From Thermoplasmata archaeon (GTDB lineage: Archaea; Thermoplasmatota; Thermoplasmata; Lutacidiplasmatales; UBA184): a DNA stretch of 64,000 bases. Under the pieces are notes generated by a model, which worked only from the letters and a program-made list of their open reading frames with translations, ran no database searches and had not been told where the DNA came from. Location of the stretch: positions 5,475 through 69,474 of the forward strand of contig DATJUZ010000049.1 of the NCBI GenBank assembly GCA_035502035.1, written 5' to 3'. This document shows positions 36,192 through 46,031 of the stretch, in pieces (the first letter of the stretch is position 1; the number at the start of each line of letters is the position of its first letter). Position numbers and translations under genes: made by a program.

Positions 36192-36980
36192 ATGGCCGCG
36201 GCAGAGCACCCGGCGACCGCCTTCCCCGACCCCGGTTCCCGTCCGGCGCCACGTCGGCCGACGGTCGCGGACCGCGGCACCGTGCTCCGCGCGGAGCTGA
36301 GCGCCGGTCGATGGTCGACGGAGGGCATCGCGAAGGTCGAGGGCGACGCGACCGTCGACCGCGCCCGGTTGCGCGGCACGGTCGTCGTCGGGGGCCGACT
36401 GGTCGCCGGGGAGGTGCGCCTCTCCGGCACGCTGGACGTCCGGGGAGCGGTCGCCGTCGACCGGGGACTCCGCACCGACGGCACGCTGCTCGCGCGTTCG
36501 ACCGTCGACGTCGGCGAGGCGGACCTGGACGGGACGACCCGCGTCCTCGGGGAACTGCGCGCCCGGACCGTCCTGAGGAGCCGGGGAAGCCTCACCGCCC
36601 CCGCGGTGCGGGCGCTCTCGGTCGACCTCGCCGGGACCGCGGAGGTCCCGGGCGAGCTCGCGGCGACCGCCGTGACGGCCCGCTTCGCGCGGAGCGCGCG
36701 GCTCGGCACGGTACGGGGACGAAAGGTCTCGCTGCGCGGCCCGGTGCCGAACCCGGTCCGCTGGGCGCTCGGCCTCCAGGCGGAGGTCGAGGTCGGCCGT
36801 ATCGAGGCGGACCGGACCTACCTCGAAGGGGTGCGCGTCGCCTTCGTCCGCGCTCCGGAGATCGAGCTCGGGCCGGCGAGCCACCTGCTCGCCCACGAAG
36901 GGACCGTGCTCCGGGCGCACCGAACGAGCCGGATCGGCCCGGAGTCCTGGAGCCCCGCGCCTCCCGGACTGCGCCGCTGA
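36192..36980 (+). CDS. Bactofilin-like / polymer-forming beta-helix protein
   Basis: Repetitive (L/V)xGxxxVxGxLxA pattern (LRGTVVVGGRLVA, LSGTLDVRGAV, LDGTTRVLGELRA, LAGTAEVPGELAA) and an IEADRTYLE...VRA tail resembling Bacillus YhbE/YhbF. Confidence 0.6.
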   Translation: MAAAEHPATAFPDPGSRPAPRRPTVADRGTVLRAELSAGRWSTEGIAKVEGDATVDRARLRGTVVVGGRLVAGEVRLSGTLDVRGAVAVDRGLRTDGTLLARSTVDVGEADLDGTTRVLGELRARTVLRSRGSLTAPAVRALSVDLAGTAEVPGELAATAVTARFARSARLGTVRGRKVSLRGPVPNPVRWALGLQAEVEVGRIEADRTYLEGVRVAFVRAPEIELGPASHLLAHEGTVLRAHRTSRIGPESWSPAPPGLRR

Positions 36981-37023
36981 GCCGCCGAAGCGGCTTTTAT
37001 CCGCCGCTTCGGTCGAGACGGCG

Positions 37024-39996
37024 ATGACCGGGGAGCCCGACGGACCGCCGGCCGCCTCGCCGCAGGAGCGGGAGCGGCGGGTCGCGGAGTTCTGGCGACG
37101 CGAGGGGGTCGCCGAGCGGGCGGTCGCGGGGGTCGCCGACGGACCGGTGTTCCGGTTCAGCGAGGGGCCGCCGACGGCGAACGGGCCCCCCCACCTCGGC
37201 CACCTGATCGCGCGCGTCCTCAAGGACGTCCAGCTCCGTTACCGGCGGCAGCGCGGCTATCGCATCCTCAGCCCGAAGGCCGGCTGGGACTGCCACGGCC
37301 TCGCGGTCGAGATCGAGATCGAGAAGCGGCTGGGGGTCCGCTCGCGCCAGGAGATCGACGCCTACGGGGTCGAGCGGTTCTGCGCGGCGTGCCGCGCCGA
37401 CACCCTCCGGGTCGCGGCGGTCTGGGAGGAGATGAGCTCGCGGATCGGCTACTGGCTCGACTACGAGCACCCCTACCGCACGATGGACGCCCCGTACATC
37501 GAGAGCGTCTGGTGGTCGCTCCGCCAGCTGTTCGACCGCGGCCTCCTCGAGAAGGGCCACTACGTCCTCCCGTACTGCCCCCGGTGCGAGACGACGCTCA
37601 GCTCGCACGAGGTCGCCCAGGGCTATCACGAGACGACCGACCCGTCCGTGACGGTCCGCTTTCCCCTGGACGGGAGCGACGGGCGCCGCTCGCTGCTCGT
37701 CTGGACGACGACCCCGTGGACGCTTCCGGCGAACCTCTTGGTCGCGGTCCGGGCCGACCTCGACTACGCGGTCGTCCGGCTCGCCGACGGCACCGAGGTC
37801 GTGGTCGCGGAGGGGGCGCGCGCGCGGTTCGTCCCCGCCGACGCGCCGGTCGTGGAGCGGGCGCGCGGGGCCGCGTGGGTCGGACGCTCCTACCGTCCCC
37901 CGTTCGACGCGCTCGCGCCGGCCCCCGGCCGCTTCCGCGTCGTCGCCGACGACTTCGTGACCGCGGACGAGGGGACCGGGTTCGTCCACCTCGCCCCGAG
38001 CTTCGGCCCGGACGACTACCGCGTCGGCGCGCGGGAGGGGGTCGGGGTCTTCGACCCGCTGGACGGCCGGGGACGGTTCACCGCGCAGGTCCCCCTGGTC
38101 GCCGGGAAGTCGTTCAAGGCGGCGGACCCGATCCTCACGCGGGAGCTCGAGGCGCGGGGCCTGCTCTACCGGTCCGAGTCGCTCCGCCACACCTACCCGT
38201 TCTGCTGGCGGTGCGACTCCGCGCTCCTCTACCGCGCGATCGACTCCTGGTTCGTGCGCACGTCGCGGGTCAGCCGCCGGCTGGTCGAGGCGAACGCGAC
38301 CGTGACGTGGGTCCCCGCCCACCTGCGCGAGGGACGGTTCGGGAACTTCCTCGGTGAGGCGAAGGACTGGGCGCTCTCCCGCGCCCGGTACTGGGGGACG
38401 CCGCTGCCGATCTGGCTCTGCCCGCAGGGACACGCGACGTGCATCGGGAGCTTCGCGGAGCTCGCCGAGCGGAGCGGGACGGAGCTCCCCCGGCCGTTCG
38501 ACCCGCATCGCGTCGAGGTCGACCGCCTGAGGGTCCGATGCGCGCGCTGCGACGCTCCGGCCGTGCGCGAGCCGTACACGATCGACGCCTGGTACGACAG
38601 CGGCTCGGCGCCGTTCGCCGCCTTCCACTACCCGTTCGAGCCGGGGCCGTTCGAGCCGGCGGAGCCGCTCGACTACATCTCCGAGGGGGTCGACCAGACG
38701 CGCGGGTGGTACTACACGCTCCTCGTCCTCGCGGTGACGTTGTTCGACCGGCCGGCCTACCGCTCCTGCCTGACGAGCGGGCTCGTCCTGGACGACTCCG
38801 GACGCAAGATGTCGAAGTCGAAGGGGAACGCGCTCGAGCCGATGGGCTTCCTCGAGGAGCTCGGCGCCGACGCCGCGCGCTGGGGGTTCCTCACGCTCGA
38901 CTTCACCGAGGAGATGCGGGTCGTCCCCGCGGAGTTCGCCCGCGCGGCCCACCGCACGGTCGGCACGCTCGGGCACGTGGTCGAGTTCCACCTCTCCAAC
39001 GCCGCCGAGGACCGTCTCGCGCCCCAGCTCACCCGTCCGGAGCCGAACGGCGTGCTCGACCGGTGGCTCCTCTCCCGGCTCGAGGGGACGCGCGCGAGCG
39101 TCGAGCGGGCGCTCGAGGCGTTCGACCCCCGGCCGGCGTCGGCCGCGGTCCGTGCGTTCGTCGACGACCTCTCGACCTGGTACCTGCGCCGTTCCCGGCC
39201 CCGCTTCTGGGGGGAGGAGGGGCCGGACGCCCGTCGGGCGGCGCATGCGACCCTCTCCTACGCCCTGCTCGGCCTCGCCCGGACGATCGCCCCGCTCGTC
39301 CCCTACGCCGCCGAGCGGACGTACCAGGAGGTCGGGGGCGGGGCGTACGCGCCGGGCGCCCCGTCGGTCCACCTCGCCGGCTGGCCCGGCCCGCTCGCGG
39401 AGCGGGACGAGCCCCTCGAGGCCGCGATGGAGCGGCTTCGCTCCACGGTGGAGGTCGGCCGCGCCCTGCGGCAGGACGCCGGCGTGAAGTCCCGGATCCC
39501 GCTCGAGGAGCTCCGGCTGTACGGCCCGCTCGCCGACGTCGCCCCGGCGCTCGGCGCGGAGGCCGACCGTCTCCTCGCCGCGGAGCTCAACGTGCGCCGG
39601 GTCGCGCGCCTTACGGCCGGGGAGATGCCCGACGCGTCGGCGTGGGTCGTCCACGAGGAGCACGGGGCCCCCCTCGCCGCGTTGCCCCGGCGCCCGACCC
39701 CCGAGCTGCTCGAGGAGGGATGGTACCGGGAGCTCGCGCGACGGCTGCAGCAGCGCCGCAAGGAACTGGGGCTCCGCTACGGCGAGCCCGTGCGGCTGGT
39801 CGTGAGCGCGGACGGTCCGCTGCGGAAGGCGATCGAGGCGCGCCGGGAGATCCTCGCACGCGAGCTGCTCGCCGACCCTCTCGAGGTCGTGGCGACCCCC
39901 CTCGGGGACGGCCCCGACGTGCGCACCTGGGAGTTCGAAGGGGTCCGCTGCGCCGCCGCCCTCACGCGACGGGCCGCCGCCGCGCCCGGTCCGTAG
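37024..39996 (+). CDS. ileS: Isoleucine--tRNA ligase
   Basis: EGPPTANG.PHLGH, GWDCHGL, WTTTPWTLP, GTGFVHLAP, EGVDQTRGW and KMSKS motifs. Confidence 0.96.
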   Translation: MTGEPDGPPAASPQERERRVAEFWRREGVAERAVAGVADGPVFRFSEGPPTANGPPHLGHLIARVLKDVQLRYRRQRGYRILSPKAGWDCHGLAVEIEIEKRLGVRSRQEIDAYGVERFCAACRADTLRVAAVWEEMSSRIGYWLDYEHPYRTMDAPYIESVWWSLRQLFDRGLLEKGHYVLPYCPRCETTLSSHEVAQGYHETTDPSVTVRFPLDGSDGRRSLLVWTTTPWTLPANLLVAVRADLDYAVVRLADGTEVVVAEGARARFVPADAPVVERARGAAWVGRSYRPPFDALAPAPGRFRVVADDFVTADEGTGFVHLAPSFGPDDYRVGAREGVGVFDPLDGRGRFTAQVPLVAGKSFKAADPILTRELEARGLLYRSESLRHTYPFCWRCDSALLYRAIDSWFVRTSRVSRRLVEANATVTWVPAHLREGRFGNFLGEAKDWALSRARYWGTPLPIWLCPQGHATCIGSFAELAERSGTELPRPFDPHRVEVDRLRVRCARCDAPAVREPYTIDAWYDSGSAPFAAFHYPFEPGPFEPAEPLDYISEGVDQTRGWYYTLLVLAVTLFDRPAYRSCLTSGLVLDDSGRKMSKSKGNALEPMGFLEELGADAARWGFLTLDFTEEMRVVPAEFARAAHRTVGTLGHVVEFHLSNAAEDRLAPQLTRPEPNGVLDRWLLSRLEGTRASVERALEAFDPRPASAAVRAFVDDLSTWYLRRSRPRFWGEEGPDARRAAHATLSYALLGLARTIAPLVPYAAERTYQEVGGGAYAPGAPSVHLAGWPGPLAERDEPLEAAMERLRSTVEVGRALRQDAGVKSRIPLEELRLYGPLADVAPALGAEADRLLAAELNVRRVARLTAGEMPDASAWVVHEEHGAPLAALPRRPTPELLEEGWYRELARRLQQRRKELGLRYGEPVRLVVSADGPLRKAIEARREILARELLADPLEVVATPLGDGPDVRTWEFEGVRCAAALTRRAAAAPGP

Positions 39997-40005
39997 GGGA
40001 CCGTT

Positions 40006-40638
40006 CTAGCGGACCGGACCGAGCACGGCCCGCACGACCGCTCCGCCCGGGGAGCTCTCGCGGAAGACCTCCGCCCCGAACCGGTAGACCGTCACGTCCT
40101 CCTCCCGCCAGGCCCCGGGAGGAAGACCGGCCTTCTCGCACGCCCCGTCCAGGAACGCCGCGGCGTCCCAGCCCTGCTCGGGCGCGACCTGCGGGAGCAG
40201 CAGCCCCCGGCGACGACCCCGCTCGACCTCGAGGCCGTCGACGCCGACGCGCACGCTGCCCGGCAGGTCGGCGCGCGCGACCGGCTCGGCCGGCGTGAGG
40301 AGCGAGACCTCGACCGTCAGCCCGGGGAGCTCGGCGGCGGTGATCGGCGGGAAGCGGGGGTCGCCGAGGGCGGCGGAGAGCGCCGCCTCCCCCAGCCCCT
40401 CCCCGAGCGGAAGGACGGCCCGGGGAAAGCCGACGCAGCCGCGCAGGCGGTGGCCGATGTGGCGGTACCAGCTGACGAAGACGCCGGTCGGCCGGGAGAA
40501 CGGGGCCGGGAGCCTCGCCGGGAGCGCACCGGCGTCCCGGGAACCGAGGGCGCGGGCGACCGACGCGCGCGCGAGGCGCACGGCGAGCGCGCCGTCGTCG
40601 TCCGAGAATGCCGTCGGCGCGGAGGGCGCCCCGTCCAC
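40006..40638 (-). CDS. AMMECR1 domain protein
   Basis: GVFVS, LRGCVG, DPRFPP, VEVSLLT, GLLLPQVA and CEKAGL motifs. GTG 40638 lies about 24 nt from a TATA box. Confidence 0.9.
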   Translation of the reverse strand: MDGAPSAPTAFSDDDGALAVRLARASVARALGSRDAGALPARLPAPFSRPTGVFVSWYRHIGHRLRGCVGFPRAVLPLGEGLGEAALSAALGDPRFPPITAAELPGLTVEVSLLTPAEPVARADLPGSVRVGVDGLEVERGRRRGLLLPQVAPEQGWDAAAFLDGACEKAGLPPGAWREEDVTVYRFGAEVFRESSPGGAVVRAVLGPVR

Positions 40639-40661
40639 GACCTGTACCGGGCCGGCGGACG

Positions 40662-40668
40662 TTTTATA
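40662..40668. promoter_or_regulatory. Shared TATA element between divergent AMMECR1 and rpl40e genes
   Basis: TTTTATA is the only AT-rich patch in the gap and lies about 25 nt from both start codons. Confidence 0.6.
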
Positions 40669-40693
40669 GCGAACGGCCGTCGGCGCCGACCCG

Positions 40694-40846
40694 ATGCCGT
40701 TCCCCGAGGCCGTTGAGCGGCTGCTCAACAAGAAGATCTGCATGAACTGCTCGGCGAGGAACCCTCCCCGGGCGGTCCAGTGCCGCCGCTGCGGCTACAA
40801 GGGGCTCCGCGTCAAGTCGCGCGAGCGCTCGGGCAAGACCCAGTAG
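40694..40846 (+). CDS. rpl40e: 50S ribosomal protein L40e (not in the supplied ORF track)
   Basis: Translated by hand: [50 protein letters not shown]. Confidence 0.95.
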   Translation: MPFPEAVERLLNKKICMNCSARNPPRAVQCRRCGYKGLRVKSRERSGKTQ

Positions 40847-40850
40847 CCCC

Positions 40851-41642
40851 CTAAGGGGGGACGGACGGCCCCTCGCCCCGGGCGAACGGGACCGGCGAGC
40901 CGTGATGGACCTCGCGGGCGAGGGCGAGGCGCTTGGTCGCCAGGAAGACGAGGTTGCGGATCCCGTCGCGCCCGCTCTGCAGCTTGGGGGGCGTCGCGCG
41001 CTCGCCGTAGGCGATCGGCACCTCGACGAACCGCAGGCCCCGGACGATCGCCTCGAGCTTCAGCTCCTCGCTGAACGCCATCCCGTCGGAGGTGAGGTGG
41101 ACCTTCTCGAGGACGTCCCGGCGGAACACCCAGTAGCCGCTCTGGCTGTCGACGAGCCGCCGGCCGGGGACGGCGGCGAGGTAGCGATGGTAGGCGATGC
41201 CGAGGAACAGGTTCAGGACGCCGTTGCCGATCCGGTGCTCGGTCGTCATCGAGCGGCGGGTGATGCCGCTCATGCGGTCGCCGCTGAGGAAGTCGATCCG
41301 TTCGTCCAGGAGCCGCCGCACCGCCCCCGGGATCGTCTCGACCGGGTACGTACCGTCCCCGTCGGAGGTCGCGATCACCTCGCCCTGCGCGGCGCGGAAG
41401 CCGGTCTTGTAGGCCCGCCCGTAGCCGCGCCGGCGCTCGGTGAGGACCCGGGCCCCCTCCGCCTCGGCGATCGCCGCGGTCCGGTCGGTCGACGCGCCGT
41501 CGACGACCAGCGTCTCCCACGCGAGCGGCCGGTCGCTCAGGAACGTGCGGTTCGCCGCGTCCGCCGCCGCGTGGAACGAGCGGAGGACCTCCCCGACCGA
41601 GCGCTCCTCGTTCAGGGTCGGCACGACGAACGACGCGCGCAT
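40851..41642 (-). CDS. Glycosyltransferase family 2 (dolichol-phosphate mannosyltransferase-like)
   Basis: VVPTLNEE, VVDGASTDRT, GYGRAYKTG, DGDGTYP and DSQSG motifs. Confidence 0.92.
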   Translation of the reverse strand: MRASFVVPTLNEERSVGEVLRSFHAAADAANRTFLSDRPLAWETLVVDGASTDRTAAIAEAEGARVLTERRRGYGRAYKTGFRAAQGEVIATSDGDGTYPVETIPGAVRRLLDERIDFLSGDRMSGITRRSMTTEHRIGNGVLNLFLGIAYHRYLAAVPGRRLVDSQSGYWVFRRDVLEKVHLTSDGMAFSEELKLEAIVRGLRFVEVPIAYGERATPPKLQSGRDGIRNLVFLATKRLALAREVHHGSPVPFARGEGPSVPP

Positions 41643-41700
41643 CCGTGGAAGGGCCGGAACGCGACGGTCCCTTAAGGCCGCCCGACGGCTTTCCGACCCC

Positions 41701-42144
41701 GTGGCGCCCGCCTCCGGTGCGGTTCGGGGACGCCGATGGGGATCGTTCCCGACGACCGCCGACATCGGCCTCTGGGCGACCGGGCCGACGGCCTCGGCGC
41801 TCCTCGAGGGGCTCGGCCACGCGCTCTACGCCCTGCTCGCCGAGCCGCGTTCCGTGCGGCCCCGCGAGGAGCGGGTCGTCGAGGTCACGGGGCGGGACCC
41901 GGCCGAGGTGACGGTCGCCTTCCTCGGCGAGCTGCTCGTCCTCGCCGAGAGCGAGGGGTTCCTCGGACGGTCGATCGACGTCCGCACCTCCGGCCGCCCC
42001 GTCACCTCGGTCCGCGCGCGCATCGCCGGGGAGCGCTACGACCCGGCGCGGCACGTCGGGCGCACCGAGGTGAAGGCGGTGACCTACCACGACCTCCTCT
42101 TCGACCCGGTCGCGGGCCGGGCGCGCGTGATCGTCGACCTGTAG
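41701..42144 (+). CDS. Archease
   Basis: TTADIG, GERYDP..H..RTEVKAVTYH and C-terminal VIVDL motifs. Confidence 0.9.
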   Translation: MAPASGAVRGRRWGSFPTTADIGLWATGPTASALLEGLGHALYALLAEPRSVRPREERVVEVTGRDPAEVTVAFLGELLVLAESEGFLGRSIDVRTSGRPVTSVRARIAGERYDPARHVGRTEVKAVTYHDLLFDPVAGRARVIVDL

Positions 42145-42155
42145 CGGGGCCGGGG

Positions 42156-43292
42156 CTACGGCATCCGCGCGACGATCTCCGCGAGGGCCGAGCCGGCGGG
42201 CGGGGACCGGCCGTGACGCCGCAGGATCCGCTCGAGCGCGGCGAACGTGACCAGAAGGTCCGGCCAGTCGGCGATCCCCATGTGGCCGAGCCGGAAGATC
42301 TTGCCGGTGAGCGCGCCCTGGCCGCCCTGGACGAGGATGTTGTACTCCCGCTCGAGGACCTTGCGGAGCTGCGGGTCGCCGAGCCCGTCCGGGTTCTTGA
42401 GCGCCGTGACCGTGTCGGAGGCGAAGCGCCGGTCCGGGAACAGCTCGAGCCCGAGCGCGTCGGCGGCGGCGCGCGCCCCCTCGGCGAGGCGGTGCGTCCG
42501 CTCGAGGCGCCGCTCGAGCCCCTCCTCGCGGAGCAGGACGAGCGCCTCCCGCAGGGCGAGGAACAGGGGGACCGCGGGGGTCCACGGGGTGTCGTTCTTC
42601 TCGAGCGAGCTCAGGTGGGCCCCGAGGTCGAGGTAGTACGTTCCGGGGTGGAGCGCGGCGACGGCGCGGTCGGAGAGGTGGACGAGGGCGAGGCCCGCCG
42701 GCGCAGCGAGCCCCTTCTGGCTCCCCGCGACGACGGCGTCGATCCCCCAGGCGTCGATCGCCATCGGGACGCCGGCGACGGCGCTGATGCCGTCGACGAG
42801 GAACAGCGCCCCGGACCGCCGCACCGCCGGGGCGATCGCGGCGAGGTCGTTGACGAGCCCGACGCTCGTCTCGTTGTGGACGACGCAGACCGCGCGGACG
42901 TCCCCGGCCTCGATCGCGGCCTGGGCCTCCTCGACCGGCAGCCCCTTTCCCCACGGTGCGCGGACGGTCGTGACGTCCGACGCGTACCGGCGAACGATCG
43001 CGTCGGAGCGGTCCCCGAAGTTGCCGTTCGCGACGACGACGGTGCGGCCGTCCTTGGGGAGGAGCGAGCTGTAGACCGCCTCGAGGCCGGCGGTCCCGCT
43101 GCCGCTGAGGACGAGCTGGCGGCCCTTCGCCCCGAAGGCGACCGGCAGCAGCTCGCGGATCTCCTGCACGACCCCGTGGAAGTAGTCCCCGCGGTGGTTG
43201 AGCGACGGGGTCGCCATCGCGCGGAGCACGCGCGGATGGATCCGCACCGGCCCGGCGATCAGGAACGTGGTCGTCTCGGGGTCGAACGTCAT
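42156..43292 (-). CDS. Class V PLP aminotransferase (serine-pyruvate/alanine-glyoxylate type; likely phosphoserine aminotransferase role)
   Basis: AGPV, SGSGTAGLE, VHNETSVG, VDGISA, GSQKGLAAP and FRLGHMG motifs. Coupled to serA. Confidence 0.9.
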   Translation of the reverse strand: MTFDPETTTFLIAGPVRIHPRVLRAMATPSLNHRGDYFHGVVQEIRELLPVAFGAKGRQLVLSGSGTAGLEAVYSSLLPKDGRTVVVANGNFGDRSDAIVRRYASDVTTVRAPWGKGLPVEEAQAAIEAGDVRAVCVVHNETSVGLVNDLAAIAPAVRRSGALFLVDGISAVAGVPMAIDAWGIDAVVAGSQKGLAAPAGLALVHLSDRAVAALHPGTYYLDLGAHLSSLEKNDTPWTPAVPLFLALREALVLLREEGLERRLERTHRLAEGARAAADALGLELFPDRRFASDTVTALKNPDGLGDPQLRKVLEREYNILVQGGQGALTGKIFRLGHMGIADWPDLLVTFAALERILRRHGRSPPAGSALAEIVARMP

Positions 43293-44233
43293 CCGGCCCC
43301 CGCGGCCGGCGGCTCCGCCCGCGCGAGCGGGGGGAGGGCGGCGAGCACCTCCGCGACCACCCCCGCACCGGCGCGCCGCTGCGCCTCCTCGGTCGACGCC
43401 CCGAGGTGGGGGGTCGCGAGGACCCGCGGCTCCTCGAGGAGCTCGCGACGGGTCGGCGGCTCGACCTCGAAGACGTCCAGCGCCGCCCCGGCGAGCTGGC
43501 CGCTCCGGATCGCCTCGAGGAGTGCCGCCTCGTCCACGAGGGGGCCCCGGGCGACGTTGACGAGGTAGGCGCCGTGCCGCATCCGTGCGAACGCCGCCGC
43601 GTCCAGCAGGTGGCGGTTCTCGGGGGTGAGCGACGCGTGCACGCTGACGAGGTCGGAGTCGGCGAGCAGGCGCTCGAGCGACCGGAGCTCGGTCCGGTCG
43701 CCGGTCGAGGCGACGAACGGGTCGAAGGCGACGGTCCGGACCCCGAACGGCTCGAGGCGCCGCGCGACCTCGCGGGCGATGCGCCCGTAGCCGACGAAGC
43801 CGACGGTCCGGCCCGCGAGCTCGTGACCGTGGACTCCCTTCTCCCACCGTCCCGCCCGCATCCCGGTCAGGCTCGGGAACAGGTCCCGGACGAGGAGCAG
43901 GCAGAGCGCGACGGTCAGCTCCGCGACGCTCGTCGTCGCCGCCTGCGGGACGTTCACCACGCGGATCCCCCGCCCCGAGGCCGCGCCGACGTCGACGTTG
44001 TCGAGGCCGACGCCGGCCCGCGCGACGAGCCGGAGCTGCGGCGCCCCCGCGAGCAGCGCCGCCGTGACCTTCGTCCGGCTGCGCACGATCAGCCCCCAGG
44101 CGTCGTGCAGCCGGGCCGGCAGCTCGGCCGGGGTCGCGCTCGCGTCCAGGACGCGGCACGGGCCGTTGCGCAGCGCCGCGAGCGCCTCCGCGTCGATCGG
44201 ATCGGCGACGACGACCAGCGGCAGCTCGGCCAT
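43289..44233 (-). CDS. serA: D-3-phosphoglycerate dehydrogenase / D-2-hydroxyacid dehydrogenase
   Basis: IVRSRTKVT, RAGVGLDNVD, GYGRIA, NVARG, LDVFEVEP and TPHLGAST.EAQ motifs. Confidence 0.85.
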   Translation of the reverse strand: MAELPLVVVADPIDAEALAALRNGPCRVLDASATPAELPARLHDAWGLIVRSRTKVTAALLAGAPQLRLVARAGVGLDNVDVGAASGRGIRVVNVPQAATTSVAELTVALCLLLVRDLFPSLTGMRAGRWEKGVHGHELAGRTVGFVGYGRIAREVARRLEPFGVRTVAFDPFVASTGDRTELRSLERLLADSDLVSVHASLTPENRHLLDAAAFARMRHGAYLVNVARGPLVDEAALLEAIRSGQLAGAALDVFEVEPPTRRELLEEPRVLATPHLGASTEEAQRRAGAGVVAEVLAALPPLARAEPPAAGAG

Positions 44234-44256
44234 CGGCGCGCCGAGCGGGCCTCCGC

Positions 44257-45237
44257 TCAAAAGGCCTTTGCGGCCGGAGCGGCCGCCGAGCGGGACTTCG
44301 GCACCGCGGTCTTCTCGAGCGCCGCGCGGACGATCGCCTCGCCGCGGATCCCGCGGATCCACGGCTCCGGCTTCACGAGGACGCGGTGCGCGAGCGCCGG
44401 CTCGGCGAGCGCCTTCACGTCGTCCGGGACGACGTAGTCGCGCCCGGCGAGCAGCGCGCGGGCCCGGGCGAGCTTCTGCAGCGCGAGCGAGCCCCGCGGG
44501 GAGGCCCCGACCTCGCTCCGCGGGTCGTCGCGCGTCGCCCGGACGAGGTCGACGATGTAACCGGCGATCGACGTGTCGATCTCGATCCCCTCGACGGCGA
44601 GCTGGAGGTTGCGGAACGTCGGGAGGTCGATCACCTTGGGGGCGTCGATCCGATCGTCCTTGCGGGCGCGCCGGCGCGCGAGGATCGCGCGCTCCTCCTC
44701 GAGGTCGGGGTAGCCGACCCGCAGCCGCAGCAGGAACCGGTCGACCTGGGCCTCGGGGAGCGGGTACGTCCCCTCCAGCTCGAGGGGGTTCTCGGTCGCG
44801 AGGACCAGGAACGGCCGCGGGAGCCCGTAGGTCGTCCGCTCGCTCGTCACCTGGTACTCCTGCATCGCCTCGAGGAGCGCGGACTGCACCTTCGGCGGGG
44901 CCCGGTTGATCTCGTCGGCGAGCAGGACGTTCGTGAACAGCGGCCCGGGCCGGAAGCTGAACGCCCCCTTCGTCGCGTCCAGGATCTCGCTGCCGGTGAT
45001 GTCGTGCGGCAGCAGGTCGGCGGTGAACTGGATCCGCTGGAAGCCGAGGCCGAGCGCGAGCGCGAACGACCGGGCCATCAGCGTCTTGCCGAGGCCCGGG
45101 AGGTCCTCGATGAGCAGGTGGCCGTCCGCGACGAGCCCGGTGAGGACCGTCTCGACGGCCTGCGTGCGCCCGACGACCGCGGTGCGGACCGACTGGCGGA
45201 CCTTCTCGGCGACCGCCTTCGCCTCGTCGGAGTTCAT
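44257..45237 (-). CDS. MoxR family AAA+ ATPase
   Basis: HLLIEDLPGLGKT, RIQFTADLLP, LADEINRAPPKVQSALLEAM and EGTYPLPEAQ.DRF motifs. Confidence 0.95.
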   Translation of the reverse strand: MNSDEAKAVAEKVRQSVRTAVVGRTQAVETVLTGLVADGHLLIEDLPGLGKTLMARSFALALGLGFQRIQFTADLLPHDITGSEILDATKGAFSFRPGPLFTNVLLADEINRAPPKVQSALLEAMQEYQVTSERTTYGLPRPFLVLATENPLELEGTYPLPEAQVDRFLLRLRVGYPDLEEERAILARRRARKDDRIDAPKVIDLPTFRNLQLAVEGIEIDTSIAGYIVDLVRATRDDPRSEVGASPRGSLALQKLARARALLAGRDYVVPDDVKALAEPALAHRVLVKPEPWIRGIRGEAIVRAALEKTAVPKSRSAAAPAAKAF

Positions 45238-45497
45238 CGCGCGCTCCGGGCCCCGGGACGACGGCCGCTCATAACGCGGTCGGCCGACCGCGGCCGCTCT
45301 GCCCCGGCCGTAACGATCCGCGTCACGGTAGGCGACTGCCCTCTCGGCGGTCTGACCCCGGCCGGGGTTTCGGACACCGGGGTTGTCCTCGCGTCACGCT
45401 CGGCGGACGACCCGTCCGCATAGAGTCGGGAGGGACCCTTCGTCGGTACCCGGGCGGCGGCGTTGGCCGCGCCGGGGAACGGACGGCGCCGCGGCTC

Positions 45498-46031
45498 CTA
45501 AGCATTTGGCCCCGTCCGGGTGACGAGCGCCTGGGGGCGCCCGAGCAGGATCGCGAGCAGCAGGATCGCGGCGGTGAGCAGGCCGGCGGCGACACCGATC
45601 TCCGCCGAGCCGGTCGGCAGCGAGAGGCTGATCGCCCAGGCGAGGCCGACCGCGAGGGCGGCGAGCGCGATCGTCGGCGCCGCGCGCCGCCCCCCGCCCG
45701 AGGCCCGGGCCGGATCGTCCGCGAGCCAGAGGAGGAACGACAGTCCGGTCAGCCCGCCGAACAGCTCGGCGGCGTCGACCGGAGGGGCCGTCAGCGCGAG
45801 GACGGCGATCGCGAGGAGCGCCGGGGCGACCGAGAAGGCGGTCCTCCAGCCCCCCCGGGTCGCCCGCTGGCCCCGCCAGACGGACGACACGACCACCCCC
45901 CCGATCCCGACGGCCGGCCCGGCGAACCCCGGCAGTCCGCCGACCAGACCGAACAGCCCGGCGGCGAAGGCGAACAGGGCGGTCGTCGCGAACCCTCCCC
46001 CGCGCTCGGAGCGCTCCGAGGGGGCGCTCAC
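45498..46031 (-). CDS. Small multi-pass membrane protein of the MoxR cluster
   Basis: Several hydrophobic segments. The GTG overlaps the DUF58 stop. Confidence 0.65.
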   Translation of the reverse strand: MSAPSERSERGGGFATTALFAFAAGLFGLVGGLPGFAGPAVGIGGVVVSSVWRGQRATRGGWRTAFSVAPALLAIAVLALTAPPVDAAELFGGLTGLSFLLWLADDPARASGGGRRAAPTIALAALAVGLAWAISLSLPTGSAEIGVAAGLLTAAILLLAILLGRPQALVTRTGPNA

